From Candidatus Thorarchaeota archaeon (lineage in GTDB: Archaea; Asgardarchaeota; Thorarchaeia; Thorarchaeales; Thorarchaeaceae), in NCBI GenBank assembly GCA_016839605.1, contig JAEOTX010000071.1, forward strand, positions 1 to 27,630: 27,630 nucleotides of DNA, in the 5' to 3' direction. A model generated the notes under the pieces. It ran no database searches. It saw only the letters and a list, made by a program, of their open reading frames with translations, and was not told where the DNA came from. Of the stretch, positions 25,551 to 27,630 are shown piece by piece (position 1 is the stretch's first letter; each line of letters opens with the position of its first letter). The position numbers were made by a program, and so were the translations under genes.

Positions 25551-26798
25551 ATGTCTAGATTCCTCAAAAGAGACCCACTAAAGAGAGCCAAGAAACACGT
25601 TGAGAAAGCACTGAAGGAATTGGAAGACGGATATCCCGATTATGCTAGCACCGAGTATGAGAAGGCAGCTTGTTTGTTTCTCGAGGAGGGTGAAACCGAT
25701 TTTGCAGTCAAATACTTCAGAGAGGCTGCTTTTTGCTCCTTGGATGCAGAAGATCATTCACGTGGCGCAGATATGAAGATGGAGGCCGCAAACGCACTCC
25801 TCAGAGATAGTAGATTCGATGCGGGCGGTGCACTTCTCTCTGAAGCCTCGGATCACCTCTTTAGGGTGAAGAAACAGAAGAGCTCGCTCAGGGCACTCGC
25901 AGTTGCAATCATATGTTATCTAGCTGCAAGGAGTTTTAGCACCGCAGTGAATCTCGATAGAAAGGCCAAGAAGCGATTCTCTGAATCTTCTGTGAAGGAA
26001 TCTATGTTCAACTTTGCTCAGCTTTCAACCAAAATTCTATGTGAGGGTGCTGCCTCAACGGATCGCGAACTGAGGAAAACGATTAGCGCCGCAAAACCAA
26101 AACCTGTAGAAGAGGAATTAGTAAAGTTCGTGGCAGAGTCAGTGAAGCTAGCTCAGAAGACTGAGGTTCTAATAGAGTGGGCGGGTGCATCTAAAAAAGA
26201 AATCAGTGTCAAATCTCCTGTTGAATTCGAGTTGCGCTACAAATGCCCTGTCCCTGTGAAGGTGGTTGACAGTAGATATTCACTGTCAAAAAGCCTGAAG
26301 TTCACCAAGGAACCAGACATCGAACCGAGACTTGGCAAAGAAGACTCTTGGCTGCTTGAGATTCTCCCTGTTCTAAGCGGTGAGGGATTAGTGGGACCCT
26401 TCAATATGACACTTGAAGGTGAAAGCGTATTGGTGAATAAATTCAGCAATACAATCGAGTTTCATATCGCTCGTGCACCATCGGACTTGAAGATGAATCT
26501 TACACCGGAGCGTTTGTCATGCGGATTGGGTGACGAATCGGTGTTTGACGTTGAGTTTGTAAATGAAGGAGATGGACCTGCAGACAACATCAAGGTCAAG
26601 GTCGAACTATCGGATGGCTTAGAGATATCTTTGGGGAGCACTGAGAAAACTATTCAGTTCATTGGTCCCAGAGAGCGGATGAGATTTCAGGTCTATGTTA
26701 GAGGTGTTTCAATAGGTGATGAGATGGTGACTATCAAAGCTGTCGACAGTAGAGTCGGTGAGGAAATCGTGAAATCATCAGTTGTGAGAGTGGCTTAG
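25551..26798 (+). CDS. SNAP/TPR-like alpha-solenoid fused to two C-terminal Ig-like beta-sandwich domains
   Basis: aa 1-200 contain repeated A..Y.KAA..F, A...F.EAA and AIICYLA helices. aa 205-415 are alternating beta strands (FDVEFVNEGDGPADNIKVKVELSDGL, CARDB/DUF11-like). No signal peptide or TM helix. Confidence 0.7.
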   Translation: MSRFLKRDPLKRAKKHVEKALKELEDGYPDYASTEYEKAACLFLEEGETDFAVKYFREAAFCSLDAEDHSRGADMKMEAANALLRDSRFDAGGALLSEASDHLFRVKKQKSSLRALAVAIICYLAARSFSTAVNLDRKAKKRFSESSVKESMFNFAQLSTKILCEGAASTDRELRKTISAAKPKPVEEELVKFVAESVKLAQKTEVLIEWAGASKKEISVKSPVEFELRYKCPVPVKVVDSRYSLSKSLKFTKEPDIEPRLGKEDSWLLEILPVLSGEGLVGPFNMTLEGESVLVNKFSNTIEFHIARAPSDLKMNLTPERLSCGLGDESVFDVEFVNEGDGPADNIKVKVELSDGLEISLGSTEKTIQFIGPRERMRFQVYVRGVSIGDEMVTIKAVDSRVGEEIVKSSVVRVA

Positions 26799-26803
26799 AA
26801 AAA

Positions 26804-27541
26804 TCATTTACCTTTTCGGCGCTTCTTCTGATTCTCCTGTAGAATGTTTAGACATGCACCCATGAGTTCCTGAATGGTGTCTTGACCTTTGAAGGCTTTG
26901 AGGTGATCATCGGCGTCATCAAGATTGTCGTTGGTCAGAGCTTCTACGAACGAAACGAGCGTTTCAAGCCATTCTCCTCTGGTCTTCTCTATAGCACGAC
27001 GTGCCTTCTCTATTCTATCCTTCGCGTCGGCAGTCTTCTCTATAGTCGCAAATCCCATGGCTGCGAGAGAGAGGTCTATCACAGCGCTCTGAGGCTTTCC
27101 TTCCTCAACTGCTTTTTCCGCAGCCTTATCGTATAGGTTGCCCATGTTCTCAGCACACGTAAGGAAATAGTCGGTATTGCCCAACTTATGACAGGCAAAT
27201 GCAGCCCAGAGATATGCTTGAGCAGCGGTCTCTGTAAGATTCTCCTTGAGGGCATATTCTGCTGCATGCTCGAAGAGTGTTAATGCAGTGTCTAATTCAC
27301 TTACTTGCTTGTACTGAGTAGCTGCCTCGAAGTAACCTGTTGCTGCAGCTCGATTATCATCCGCAGAGACCTTCTCCTCAGCATACATGTGGTAGTATTC
27401 TGCTGCTTTCCGTGTCATCTCGATTACACGGTCGAGATAGCAGCCCGCAGCCTGTTTGTATTGACTGGCTGCCTGGTAGAAATTCTCACCATCTGCGAAC
27501 TCGCCAGCGAGGCGTTCCCACTGTGCACACTCTTCTTCCAT
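26804..27541 (-). CDS. Soluble NSF attachment protein (alpha/gamma-SNAP)-like TPR protein
   Basis: AASQYKQAAGCY and AAATGYFEAATQYKQ...ALTLFEHAAEY..EN....AAQAY resemble the alpha-SNAP repeat as recalled (DAATCFVDAGNAFKK...AI....AIEIY...G....AA); GAGGT RBS; basic tail. Confidence 0.65.
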   Translation of the reverse strand: MEEECAQWERLAGEFADGENFYQAASQYKQAAGCYLDRVIEMTRKAAEYYHMYAEEKVSADDNRAAATGYFEAATQYKQVSELDTALTLFEHAAEYALKENLTETAAQAYLWAAFACHKLGNTDYFLTCAENMGNLYDKAAEKAVEEGKPQSAVIDLSLAAMGFATIEKTADAKDRIEKARRAIEKTRGEWLETLVSFVEALTNDNLDDADDHLKAFKGQDTIQELMGACLNILQENQKKRRKGK

Positions 27542-27630
27542 CGCATTCTCGACCTCAGTTTAAGCTGTACGTATAGCGGACTCACTAAGTCTACCCTGTA
27601 GGGTGGGTACGTAGCTGCTGTCTAGCACAA

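Noticed and set aside
27591-27606. Small hairpin CTACCC-TGTA-GGGTGG near the window end
   Set aside because: Short, at the window edge, with no tRNA or ncRNA context visible.

Overview
Gene-dense archaeal chromosomal region of about 27 CDS. The archaeal call rests on an archaeal-type MAT, an archaeal/eukaryotic-type TrpRS, an Nre homolog, an HTH-CBS regulator and GGTG/GAGG ribosome-binding sites. Several eukaryote-like helical proteins suggest an Asgard archaeon, probably Thorarchaeia; this is inference. Contents in order: a membrane-anchored DUF4332 HhH protein; a ZnuABC/TroA-type metal ABC transporter arranged around a NikR-family regulator with a NikR-style operator; a C_GCAxxG_C_C protein; PduO; an SPL-like radical SAM enzyme with a PolX-8kDa-like tail; SDR; pirin; MAT divergent from an HTH-CBS regulator; a CINP/C1orf109-like helical protein; a probable amphi-Trp/PhoU-like/CPA1 antiporter/Ca2+-type P-ATPase operon; a 100-bp direct repeat of the trpS promoter and 5' end bracketing an orphan ORF; trpS; two tandem pairs of Zn-ribbon paralogs; a degenerate Nre; AlaX; and a convergent pair of SNAP-like alpha-solenoid genes, one fused to Ig-like domains. 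I saw no rRNA, tRNA, CRISPR array, transposase or integrase. Family calls come from motif recognition by eye and from recalled reference sequences; no searches were run.
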